Positions 12,801 through 29,252 of a stretch of 64,000 nt of DNA are shown piece after piece. The DNA is taken from NCBI RefSeq assembly GCF_009914755.1, contig NC_060930.1. One strand, written 5' to 3'. Position numbers and translations under genes: made by a program. Under the pieces are notes generated by a model. That model worked only from the letters and a program-made list of their open reading frames with translations. It ran no database searches and was not told where the DNA came from. Position 1 is the first letter of the stretch, and each line of letters begins with the position of its first letter. This DNA is from the human T2T-CHM13v2.0 reference genome, Homo sapiens.

Positions 12801-14705
12801 TTATTTTTGTTGGGAAAATTTTTTCTCTGTTTTTCTTTGCCTTTTAATGTTATGGCATATTTGATATAGAAAGATTTAAATTAATATAGCTAAGCTTATT
12901 AATATATTCTTTTCAATTTGTTCATTATGTAGAAAGCCTTTTCCCATCCTGAGATCTAATATTCAAGCAGATTTTTTTTCTAGGTTTACAAAAATTTTTT
13001 TCTTTCCTCTTTTCCATCTTTTTAACTTCTTGTATATTCTTTGATTTGTAATTGTTTTCTGTTTTACACAAAGTATTATTTACTTTCATTTATGAGATAT
13101 TTAACATCATTGAATTTGTTCATTTCTTGAGTTTGGGAAATGAAAAAGGATGGTGTAAAAAAATCAACCAAAAATCGTTATGATTCTGTATTCTTTATTA
13201 ATATTCTAAAATATCCTATACATTGGAGCAGATGTGAACTTCCCAACCACTCCTTTAGTATTCCCTCTCCCTATTTATTTCCTTTGCATTCTTGTCCTTC
13301 TTCGCCTCTTGTCTTCTCTCAGTTATCATTTGATAAACACGAAATCTATTCTTTGTCTCCTCAGCTAAGCAGGTATGAAGATCTTGGTCACAGAGAAGCC
13401 AAATTAGGAAGTTTGATTACTCTGTACATAATATGCCTTTCTGACTGAGAGAAATTGCTGACTTTTGTAGACATTAGAAATACTTCCTATTCAGCTCCAT
13501 TTATTTCTCTATGAGAGAGATTTTTAATGGAATGGCTTATAATTATTTTTAAAGTGCCATGAAGAAATAGAGTGAAAGTTTTTTAAAGCTAGAATAGTGC
13601 AGAGAGAAATTCAATTCCTTATTTTGAAATTAATTGATAGACTTTCCAGCAGTCATCAGTATCTCTGAAGAGTACTTTAGTTTCATTAGCTTCACCCCTC
13701 TACAATATCTATCAGAAAGATAGGAATTTTGCAGATGGCATTGGGCCATGCTTCATTTCTGGTCAAATCACACCATAATGATGCCACTTATTCATCCATA
13801 AAAGCTTGTGGAAGTGCACTGAACATCTGCACATAATGCAACCATTCATGCAAAGAAAGCCACAGACCCCGTTTATCACAAGGGATCTGGGAGCTCTCTC
13901 TTCCTGCTCAGTCAGCCTCAGAAGTTTCAACTGCCCTGGGAGAGAAGTGCCAACAGCCCATTAGCCTAATGAGCCAATCCATAGAAACATGCTCTTTCTG
14001 CCCTCATGGGTGCCTGGCCAGAGCTGGGGCATAGCCAGCATGCATTTAGCTCTTCTGGAGCCTGAACAGCAGCATCCTTCTTTAACCCCCTACTCTCGAA
14101 TCACTGCTTGGACATGTGGCTTCCTATGGTAATGTTTACCCTTAACCACATGGTCTTCATAATCTTTAGCCAAAATAAATTTGAATTTTTTGAAATTATA
14201 GTCATTCCTTTAGGTGATATTTTTACAGAAGTACCAGTTTAAGAAAAAACATAATAATAGTCTCCTATTTTCAGTCATTGTAAATATTCGTTCATTTAAA
14301 CAATTAATAGTTTTTTATTGAGCAGTTACTGTGTGGCAGGTACTATGGATATAGCAGTGAGCAAGGAGGAAGCCTTTTTATATCTTTCAGCTTAATTCAA
14401 GTACAACAAATGAGTGTGGACTAATCCTTTGAGAACTTTTCTGTATTCCCCGAGAACAACTCAGCTTTCACCTGTTCATAGTTATAGCATAATTTAGATC
14501 CTAGCCTGAAGAAAACTCTAGAAATCTGAGCAGTCTTACTCTGACAGTTGTCTTCCTGCTTCTTTGCCTTTAATTGATTTCTTGTTTCCTTAGCAGAAAT
14601 GAATTTTATATTTATCCATGACATATCCTCAATTCAGGTTTGCTGTAAATAAAGGTGGCACAAAGGGCAGGCAGCTCCAGCTCTGGGGCAAGTCCAAATG
14701 CAAGT

Positions 14706-15320
14706 GTGTTCATTTTCTATCACTGCCATAGCAAATTACCACATACTTAGTGACTTGAAACAATGCAAATTTGTTATTTCACGGTTCTTCAGGTCAGAAG
14801 TCTGAGTGGGCTTAGATGGTTTCTCTTTACTGGGTCTCAAGAGACAGAAATCAAAGTGTCAGATGGCCTGAGCTCTTCTCTGCAGGCGCTAGGGGAGAAT
14901 CCACTTCTAAGCTTGTTCAGCTTAATTCTAAGCAGAATTAAGTTCCCTGTGGTTGTAGGACTCAGGTCCCTGTTTCCTTGCTGCCTATAAGCCAGGACCC
15001 TCTCTCAGCTCCTGAAGGCCACCTGCATTTCTTATCACATTGCCCCCCCCATCCTCAACAGCAATGTCACATTGCTGAGAACATTATACTTTAAATCTCT
15101 TTGACTTTCCTTTCTGCTGCATCTCTCTGGCTCCAGCTAGAGAAAATTCTCTTAAGAGCTCCTGTGATTAGGCTGGGTTCACCTGGATCACCCAGGATAA
15201 CCTCCCAATTTTAAGATACATAACCATCATTCCATTTGCAAAGTCCCTTTTGCCATATAACATAACATATTCCAGGGATTAGGATATGGACAGCTTTGGG
15301 AAGCCATTTTGCCTTCCACA
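14706..15320 (-). mobile_element. MLT1 (D/E-like) MaLR solo LTR
   Basis: GCAAATTACCACATACTTAGTGACTTGAAACAA...GGATAACCTCCCAATTTTAAGAT...GCAAAGTCCCTTTTGCCATATAA...GCCTTCCACA. Confidence 0.8.
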
Positions 15321-16323
15321 GCTTTCATAGACCTCCTCACAAGAGCTATTTCCAGACTCTTCAAATCCTTACTACAACCCTATGAGACAGGTACTATTAA
15401 TTAGTAGCCCTATTTTATAAGTGAAGAAACTAAATCCCAGAGGGCAAGGTATATTTTCAAAGCCTTGTGGCTGATATTTTTGGCACTGGGATTTGAATTC
15501 AGTCTGTCTCCAAAGGTACTATGCTTCATCTGTGAAAAAATGTTAGCATAAAATATTGTTGACTGGTGGAATGTCTGTCCACTGACATGAATAATTTGGT
15601 GGGTTAAATTTCATCAGAATGCTTAGGGATCCCCAAAAAGCTATGACAGATAAGTACATATATATATATCTTATTGAATCATTTCTGTGTCCAAAATTTA
15701 CATGCCTATTTTTTTCAATTTTCAAGCAAACCAATTAATACAATTTAAAATGTTATTGCGAAGTAAATGCCAATGCCTTATCACTCATGTAACTGACATT
15801 TCAATCTGTAAGTAAAATTTCATATCAGCACTCCTTGAATTACAATACATGTTGGGGACCTTCTCTCCTGACTTCTCAACTAATGTAGGAATCTCCTATG
15901 CAGTATTTTGGCTTCCCAATATCCTCCAGCTTGAGTTTTCTCTTACTACTAGAATAATAACAGAGTCACAGAATTTACTATTTTGCAAGGCAACTATTTT
16001 TAACTGGTGAATAGCTTCAATACTTGTGGGTTCCTTCATTAAACAAAAATTTTGCTTCTGCCATTTTCTACCACTGAAATGTATTATAAAGCTGAGCATG
16101 TATTTTCCCATTAGAAAAGTAAGTTGGACAAATATATCCAAATGTTTTGCTAAATACCAATGAGAGCCTTCATGAATTCCACCCAGAGTTAAGTTCAATG
16201 AGGTAGGGATGTTGTCTTGTATACCTGACACCTAGGACCAGACATATGGCAAATGCTAAATAAATATTTATTGAATGAATGAAGCCATGAATGAACTTAG
16301 ATTTTCCATATATACAAAGGGCA

Positions 16324-16620
16324 TGTAATCCCAGCACTTTAGGAGGCCGAGGCGGGCGGATCATGAGGTCAGGAGTTTGAGACCTGCCTGGCCAACATGG
16401 TGAAACCCCATCTCTACTAAAAATACAAAAATTAGCTGGGTGTGGTCGTGGGCACCTGTAATCCCAGCTGCTCGAGAGGCTGAGGCAGGAGAATTGCTTG
16501 AACCCGGGAGCTGGAAATTGCAGTGAGCCTAGATTGCACCACTGCACTCCAGCCTGGGTTACAGAGCAAGACTCTGTCTCGAAAAAATAAATAAATGAAA
16601 TAAATAAATAAAAATTAAAA
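16324..16620 (+). mobile_element. AluSg-like, 5'-truncated
   Basis: Dimeric Alu with an (AAAT)n tail. TSD AAAGGGCA at 16316-16323 and 16621-16628. Confidence 0.93.
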
Positions 16621-17656
16621 AAAGGGCAGTCATATTCAAAGTTCTGTTTAAGAAATGGCCAAATCCATTTTAATTGGACATAGATTGGATGGATTATATG
16701 GTATCGTAAATCATCATAGTATTCTTTATTTGAAAGTGAGAAAAGAAAATGCATATTTTCTGTTTTTCACAAGAGCAAATTACTATTGAATAAATTGTCA
16801 ATGAAATAAAATTACAGCAGAGGGGAAGATTCATTAATGCCATTTCCCATCTTTGTGGAAATAAGTGCTCTCCATGGCTGATGGAACATTACAAAGAGTA
16901 TCATGCACATTTAATTTCTTCATATTTTTTGTATATAAATAATTGTCTATTTAATATGATTACTTCTTCTGAAATACCCACATTTAAGAGAAGAATATTA
17001 AAACTTTACATTTATAAATTTTAAGGTAAAAATCTCAAAAACAAACTTTAGTGTTAAGATTCTGCAGTGACTTTAGCACAAACTTTTGAAATCCTAGGGT
17101 ACTAGATTAGTACAAAAGGAAAAACTTGCACAATTGTGCTAAATAAGAATTTCTTGAGTGGCAGCCAAGGTGGCCGAATAGGAACAGCTCCGGTCTACAG
17201 CTCCCAGCCTGAGTGATGCAAAAGACAGGTGATTTCTGCATTTCCGTCTGAGCTTTGAAGAGAGCAGTGCTTCTCCCAGCATGCAGCTGGAGATCTGAGA
17301 ACGGGCAGACTGCCTCCTCAAGTGGGTCCCTGACCCCTGATCCCTGAGCAGCCTAACTGGGAGGCACCCCCCAGTAGGGGCAGACTGACACCTCACACGG
17401 CCGGGTACTCCTCTGAGACAAAACTTCCAGAGGAACAATCAGACAGCAGCATTCGCGGTTCATGAAAATCTGCTGTTCTGCAGCCACAGCTGCTGATACC
17501 CAGGCACACAGGGTCTGGAGTGGACCTCTAGCAAACTCCAACAGACCTGCAGCTGAGGGTCCTGTCTGTTAGAAGGAAAACTAACAAACAGAAAGGACAT
17601 CCACACCAAAAACCCATCTGTACATCACCATCATCAAAGTAGATAAAACCACAAAG

Positions 17657-18672
17657 ATGGGGAAAAAACAGAGCAGAAAAACTGGAAACTCTAAAAAGCA
17701 GAGTGCCTCTCCTCCTCCAAAGGAACGCAGTTCCTCACCAGCAACGAAACAAAGCTGGACGGAGAATGACTTTGACGAGTTGAGAGAAGAAGGCTTCAGA
17801 CGATCAAACTACTCCGAGCTACAGGAGGAAATTCAAACCAAAGGCAAAGAAGTTAAAAACTTTGAAAAAAATTTAGATGAATGTATAACTAGAATAACCA
17901 ATACAGAGAAGTGCTTAAAGGAGCTGATGGAGCTGAAAGCCAAGGCTCGAGAACTACGTGAAGAATGCAGAAGCCTCAGCAGCCAATGCGATCAACTGGA
18001 AGAAAGGGTATCAGTGATGGAAGATGAAATGAATGAAATGAAGCAAGAAGGGAAGTTTAGAGAAAAAAGAATAAAAAGAAACAAACAAAGCCTCCAAGAA
18101 ATATGGGACTATGTGAAAAGATCAAATCTACGTCTGATTGGTGTACCTGAAAGTGACTGGGAGAATGGAACCAAGTTGGAAAACACTCTGCAGGATATTA
18201 TCCAGGAGAACTTCCCCCATCTAGCAGGCAGGCCAACATTCAGATTCAGGAAATACAGAGAACGCCACAAAGATACTCCTCGAGAAGAGCAACTCCAAGA
18301 CACATAATTGTCAGATTCACCAAAGTTGAAATGAAGGAAAAAATGTTAAGGGCAGCCAGAGAGAAATGTCAGGTTACCCACAAAGGGAAGCCCATCAGAC
18401 TAACAGTGGATCTCTCAGCAGAAACTCTACAAGCCGGAAGAGAGTGGGGGCCAATATTCAACATTCTTAAAGAAAAGAATTTTCAACCCAGAATTTCATA
18501 TCCAGCCAAGCTAAGCTTCATAACTGAAGGAGAAAGAAAATCCTTTACAGACAAGCAAATGCTGAGAGATTTTGTCACCACCAGGCCTGCCCTAAAACAG
18601 CTCCTGAAGGAAGTACTAAACATGGAAAGGAACAACCGGTACCAGCCACTGCAAAATCATACCAAATTGTAA
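17657..18672 (+). pseudogene. L1 ORF1p (RNA-binding chaperone), frameshifted
   Basis: Runs MGKKQSRKTGNSKKQSASPPPK...YQPLQNHTKL and is split into ORFs 17657-18307 and 18331-18672. The break is a 1-bp deletion near 18226 (CTAGCAGGCAGG versus consensus CTAGCAAGGCAGG). Confidence 0.95.
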
Positions 18673-18735
18673 AGACCATCACGGCTAGGAAGAAACTGCA
18701 TCAACTAACGAGCAAAATAACCAGCTAACATCATA

Positions 18736-23238
<4,503 letters not shown>

Positions 23239-25399
23239 ACAATGAGAACACATGGACACAGGAAGGGGAACGTCAAACTCTGGGGATTGTTGTGGGGTAG
23301 GGGGAGGGGGAGGGATAGCATTAGGAGATATACCTAATGCTAAATGACGAGTTAATGGGTGCAGCACACCAGCATGGCACATGTATACATATGTAACTAA
23401 CCTGCACATTGTGCACATGTACCCTAAAACTTAAAGTATAATAATAATAATAAAATTTAAAAAAAGAAGATAAAAAAAGAATTTCTTTCTTTCTAGTTTA
23501 AATAATAATTTTTTCAAGGTCATATCGACCCTTTCTCAGGTGACTGTTTGCTATCAGAGATAATTTTCAGACATATGCAAAAACTTAACCTTTTTAATGA
23601 TATGAGAATTTCTAACCTGTCTGGAAGAAAAGGCATAAGAGATCAGTAAAAGTGGAATTATTAAAAAGAAACCCAACATTATTTTTGAGAATTAAAAAAA
23701 TTGACAATCATTCATAGAACTCCAACCATGCTATTATCAGATCAGTTTTATATTATTTCAGTTATATGTGCATTCTCAAGGGTTACTTCACCTCTTTACA
23801 CCTCCCTGTGGCTATGAAGTCAGTCTTATGCAGTATTGTTATCTCTGCACACAATATCTAGATTGTGCTCAGTAAATCAAATAGCATATACATATATTGC
23901 ACTACTTATTTAGGAGGAAACAGAATAATGAATGAACTGACAATAAGTGTGTCTTAAATTACATCCAGAAAGGTTTAGTTATAAAATATCATTGAAATCT
24001 CAGGATAAAATAGTTCAGGATATGTGGGCTCTCAAGGCTCCAGCATGTCAGAATTTCTTTTGCTGTGGCATGGCTGAGTCCTCATGTGTACAGGCTTAGG
24101 ACTGTCTGAAGAGGTTAAGATAACTCTTCCAGCAAATCCAAAATAATGAAAGAGGATTGTTTATGAGATTCTATAAACATAGTTAACTCTGTAGTTACCA
24201 GGATAACATCATGGAATGCATAAGTCTAGGTGCAGCAGGTTCTGGTTGGTTCTGGTCCTGGTTCCCATGGCAACCTGCCGGCTGTGGTCTTTGGATGGGT
24301 CACATCAATGATGCATGGTGAGCTAGGTAGGTTGTCCTTATTGAGGTCTGGGCACTAATGTGCCCTTTGAGGGGCATTTCTGGATATAAGCTAAGAGTGT
24401 GCTGTTCAGATGTTGAGGGAGAATAATGGAAAGAGAAAGTTTAAATTATAATTCAGTTTTCTCATCGGTAAATGGAGATCATCCCAGTTCCTGTTACAAA
24501 CATGAGGTTGTTCTGAAGATAACATGACTTAATATATGTGAAGGTTTAAAGTTACAGTTCATACCTAATTTTATATTAATGATTTTACATTTTTTTTTAA
24601 AAGAGAGCACTCAAAATTATATAAAGCTTCAGATCTCACAGAACATGGATCTGCCCTTCCTGGCAGAGAGAAATGAGGAAAGCAAAATCAAAAAGAAAGC
24701 AGAGTTACTGCTCACATGAGGGAGATGAGGTAAGAGGAGAGATTCAGAACTGGTTCAGTCTCAGTATCCTTATTCATGAAGTAGGGATAGTGATATCTTG
24801 GCTATCCTTATTTTGTGATATAGTGATATCTCAACAGGGATATTGTAAGACTCAAATGCAAAATGCAAGTGAAAGTAACTTACCAATGTAAATCACTAAG
24901 ATATTGTTATTATTTATCAGTCTTTGTATGGAGGTCCTGTATTTTGCAAATTCAGTAATTAATCTGGATAAATATGCACCAGGCCACCTTCAATTTGTTA
25001 AATTTTTACTAAGCTTATATTTCTTCTTGGAAGTTGATGATTGCACAGGATGATTTAGGTGTCTGAGAGTGCTCTTTTGAAGTTTTCATTTTTATTCATT
25101 TCAAATCCTGAAATTGAGTAATCTCTAAATGTTCTTATGGAGAAATATCCACAAAAACGTTTGGGGTTACATTTAATATCCAGAATGTCTGTTTTATCAC
25201 TGAGAGTTTTAGTGATGACTGAAAGTGCTAAGTTAAATTGTGTATATTTTGCTTATTGTCTGAAACTTAAATCCTATGTAAACAATGTACTAACCATTGT
25301 TTTGGAAAACAAAGTTCTAATCCTACTAGATTCTGTCCTACCATCACCTAAAATTCAGAAAAACTCAGTTTAAAATTTATTCAACAATCTTGTTTTCAA

Positions 25400-25692
25400 T
25401 TTTTTTATTTTTTATTTTTTAAAAACAGGGTCTCATGCTGTAGCCCAGGCTGGAATGCAGCAGCCTGATCATAGCTCACTGCAGCCTCAAACTTCTGGGT
25501 TCAAGTGATCCTCCCACTTGAGCCTCCTGAGTAGCTGAGACTACAGGTCCATGCCACCAAGCCTGGCTCATTTTTTAATTTCCTTGTAGAGATGAAGTCT
25601 TGATATTTTTCCTGGGCTGGCCTCAAGTGATCCTCCCGCCTTGGCCTCTCAAAGTGCTGAGGAATACAGGCAAGCCAATATCGTACCTGGCC
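25400..25692 (-). mobile_element. AluJ
   Basis: Antisense Alu with J diagnostics GATCATAGCTCACTGCAGCCTC and GATCCTCCCAC, sitting in an L2 3' end. Confidence 0.9.
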
Positions 25693-27176
25693 TCAACAAA
25701 TACTTATTGAGTGTCTGTTAGGTGCTAGAGATAGATCTAGTTGCTGGTCATACAAAATCAAATAAGGGAATATACAGTCTCAGGCAGAGAAACAGACAAA
25801 CACATAAAAACACATGCCTACAACATGGTGGATGTCATGACAGAGGTATTTAGTCACAGGCACGCTAGGATATGAAAAGGAAAAGGTTATCTCAGTTAGA
25901 CTCGTCATTCTGAGAAGAGTTTCCAGAGGAGGTCTTACAGAAAGACAATGTGATGTATAGCTAGAAGAAAGCAAGAAGAGGAGAAAAGGTATGGAGGAGT
26001 GGAACTGCCTGATGTGTTCAGAGGTCCCCTGGTAGTATGGTCCCTATGTGTGTGTGCCTGCTCACATGTATACAGGTTGTGGAGAAGAGAGAAAACTGGC
26101 CAAGTCACAAGGAAGCCTTCAGTGTGACACTTAGGAGCTTGACCATTACTCTAGAAATTGTGGGGGCCATTGAACAGCATTGTCCCTGTTTCTTTCAATG
26201 AAACCACTGTTCTCCCAGTCATGTAGACTTGAAACCATAGTGTCTTCTTTATTTATTTTTTCTCTGATGTTACCCAAACTGTTTAATAACTACCCTTTTA
26301 ATTCATCCTTTAGGGTGACTCTAGACATTCCCTATTCTTCCTAGTCTTATGATTTTGCCCAATTTTAGTCTCATCTTCTCCATGCTGAAACCACAGCTGT
26401 GTTTCCCTGAATGTTCTCCTTCCCTCCTTCTCTCCTGTCCTCCACCCTGTTCTCCCCCTCCTTGAGAAGTTAACCTACTTAAACCACTTTAGCATCAGAA
26501 ACTTTTAGCAGCTTTCTGTTACTCACAGTATTTCCCCCCAATACAATAAATAAGTATGCATTTGGATTGGAATGCTTCCTTTGGCTATCCAAGTCCATGA
26601 TCTAGCACTAACCAATTACCTGACCCACCGTCTGATACAGCCAAACTGGTTTCTGCTGATCCTCCAGCTCCTCTATGAATCCTCCTCTGTGCCTCCTTCC
26701 CATAGGATCACTTCTTCCTCTGAATTTCACTTACTGCTTCTACAACTTACATCCCAGCCTACCTTGGCACATAGATGCTGCCTAGAATTGTTAGTTATTT
26801 TTGTTAATTATATAAGTTTATAACTTAGAATTATATTTCATTTTATAATTTTACAATTATAATTACAATTGATTTATTCAAATAAATTTTGAGCTCCCTG
26901 AGGGAAAAATCTATGAGATAATATGTCAAGTACTTAGCATAATCCATGATGCATAGTAGATTAAGTTAGAATTATTGCTATTATCATTTTTTGGTTTGTT
27001 TTTAGGATATTGCTTCTTTGCATTCATAAAGTATCTAGTAAAATAGATCCTCAAAAAGACATGCCTTCCTAATTGAGTGGCATAATCATCATTACTACAA
27101 ATGTCTGAAAAAATGTCGAGAGTAATGATAAGAAGGCTTTCTCCTGCAGTGTTAAACTTTAAAAAGTATCTGATTT

Positions 27177-27493
27177 GGCCAGGTGTGGTGGCACATACCT
27201 GTAATCCCAGCACGTTGGGAAGCCAAGGGGAGAGGATTGTTTGAGACCAGGTGTTCAAGATCAGCCTGGACAACATGATGAGACCCCATCTCTACAAAAA
27301 ATTTTTAAAAATTATCTGGGCATGGTGATGCATACCTGTAGTCCTAGCTATTTGGGAGGCTGAGGCAGGAAGATCACTTGAGCCTAGGGGTTGGAAGCTA
27401 TAGTAAACTGTGACCACGCTACTGCACTCCAGTCTGGGTGATAGAGCAAGACTCTGTCTCTAAAAATAACTAAATTAAAAATAAATAAATAAA
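27177..27493 (+). mobile_element. AluJ
   Basis: GGCCAGGTGTGGTGGC...GAGGATTG...TGAGACCCCATCTCTACAAAAA...GATCACTTGAGCCTAGG, with an A-rich tail. Confidence 0.9.
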
Positions 27494-27889
27494 GTGTGTG
27501 ATTCCAGGCATGCTTTTAGATCTTTCTATTCTTAAAGTATATCCTCTTATCATTAAAAAATTGACATTTAATGCAAAAATTTCCAAGTATGTAAAGTACA
27601 CACAATAAAAAGTAAATGTCCTTCCATACACACCCCCCTGAATTCACTCCCAGAAGTAGCTCATGAGATGAGTAGTTCTTTAACCACTTGTTAACATGTA
27701 TGTGAATATGTTACATGCATGTTACACACATGCTACATGTGTGTAAATGTTAATAACTTTAGACTACAAATTATAAAGAAATATGTTCACCATTTTCTTA
27801 ATTTTTCAGAAAACATGTTATATATTAATAAATGTATTTATTCAGTGTTTATTAATTTGACAACACATGTTGTTTTTTTTTTTTACCAC

Positions 27890-28229
27890 TGTCTTAATTC
27901 ATTTTCTGTTGCTTATAACAATACTTGAAATTGGGTAGTTTGTAAAGAAAAGGAATTTATCTCTTGTAATTATGGAGGCTGAGCAGTCAAATGCCAAGAC
28001 ACTGCATCTGATGAAGGCCTTCTTGCTGAAGCGGGGACTCTCTACACACGGTGGGGGAGCTGAGGTCACTCTCCTCTTAGAAAGTCACTGGTGCCACTCC
28101 TGTGATAACCTCTTAATCCGCTATTCATGACCCAGTCACCTCTTAAAGACCCCCACCTTTCAATACTGTCACATTGGGAATTAAATTTTAACATGAGTTT
28201 TGGAGGGGAGAAATATTCAAACCACAGCA
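27890..28229 (-). mobile_element. MST (B/C-like) MaLR solo LTR
   Basis: TG...CA termini (TGTCTTAATTC...CAAACCACAGCA). A 5-bp TSD ACCAC lies at 27885-27889 and 28230-28234. Confidence 0.8.
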
Positions 28230-28489
28230 ACCACCTACTATGTGCCGGACATTGTGCTAGGCAATGGAGGGCATGTGGTCTTCCACCAAGCTGTAATCCC
28301 CATGGTTGTAGTGACTTCAGGGGAGCACTCTTTATTATGTGATGGCTCATGTTCCAAGCATACCCCTGAGTTCAATCATTGTAAACTGGAGTTTATCCTT
28401 TCAAAGAAAGTAAACTGGATTTCACTTACCTTATCAATCCACTCATTCATAAAATTTTATAATATGCTCATTATTCTTTATCTGATTTA

Positions 28490-29252
28490 TTAGAATTTTT
28501 TTGCTGTGTAACACATGACCACAAATTTAAAACAAACACCCATTTATTATCTCACATTTCTGTGGGTCAGGAGTCCAGGTATGGGCTAGTTGGGTCCTCT
28601 GCTCAGGTTGGGCTGCAGTTCTTACATCTGGAGCTCAGGGTCTTCTTGGCTCATGTTGGAGAATTCAGTTTTAGGTCGAGCTGCAGTTCTTGTCTGCAGG
28701 TGGGGCTGCATTTCTTTTCTGGAGCTTCAGATCTTCTTCTCAGCTCATGTTGGAGAATTCGGTTCCTTGCAGCCATACGACTCACATCCCATTTTTCTTG
28801 CTAGCTGTTGGCGGGGGGCTACTTCCAGCAATTGGAGACCAACTCTAGTTCCTGTGGTCTCCATAGGCCCTTTCAACACATGGATATTTGCTCTTTCCAG
28901 GACCAGTGCATATCTCTGACTTTTAATCCTCCTCTGGTCAGCTACAACAGAGTCTTCTATAATCGTAAGCTAGATAAATGTTTGAGATGATGTATATCCC
29001 AATTACCCTGATTTGATCACTAGACATTGTATACATGTATCAAAATATCATATGTGCCCCCAAAATATGTACAACTGTTATATACCAATAAAATAATTTT
29101 TAAGTAGTACACAGCAAAAAAGAAAAAAAAAAGCAGCGACTATCACATTGTATTTATAGGCTCCACCTGCCTGCAAGGGAAGAAGATTATGTAGGGTGTG
29201 CACAGCAGGGGGCTTGAATTTGGAGGAGCAACTGAGAAATCTGCCTACCATG
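28490..29252 (-). mobile_element. MLT1-like LTR interrupted by an L1MA-type 3' end (~28960-29100, + strand)
   Basis: MLT1 part: TGCTGTGTAACACATGACCACAAATTT...GGGTCAGGAGTCC. L1 part: GATAAATGTTTGAGATGATG...AATTACCCTGATTTGATCA...CCAATAAAA. Confidence 0.7.

Noticed and set aside
16170-16754. 194-aa minus-strand ORF, and similar ORFs at 38948, 43581, 55044, 56087 and 57362
   Set aside because: These are antisense Alu translations (e.g. [26 protein letters not shown]).
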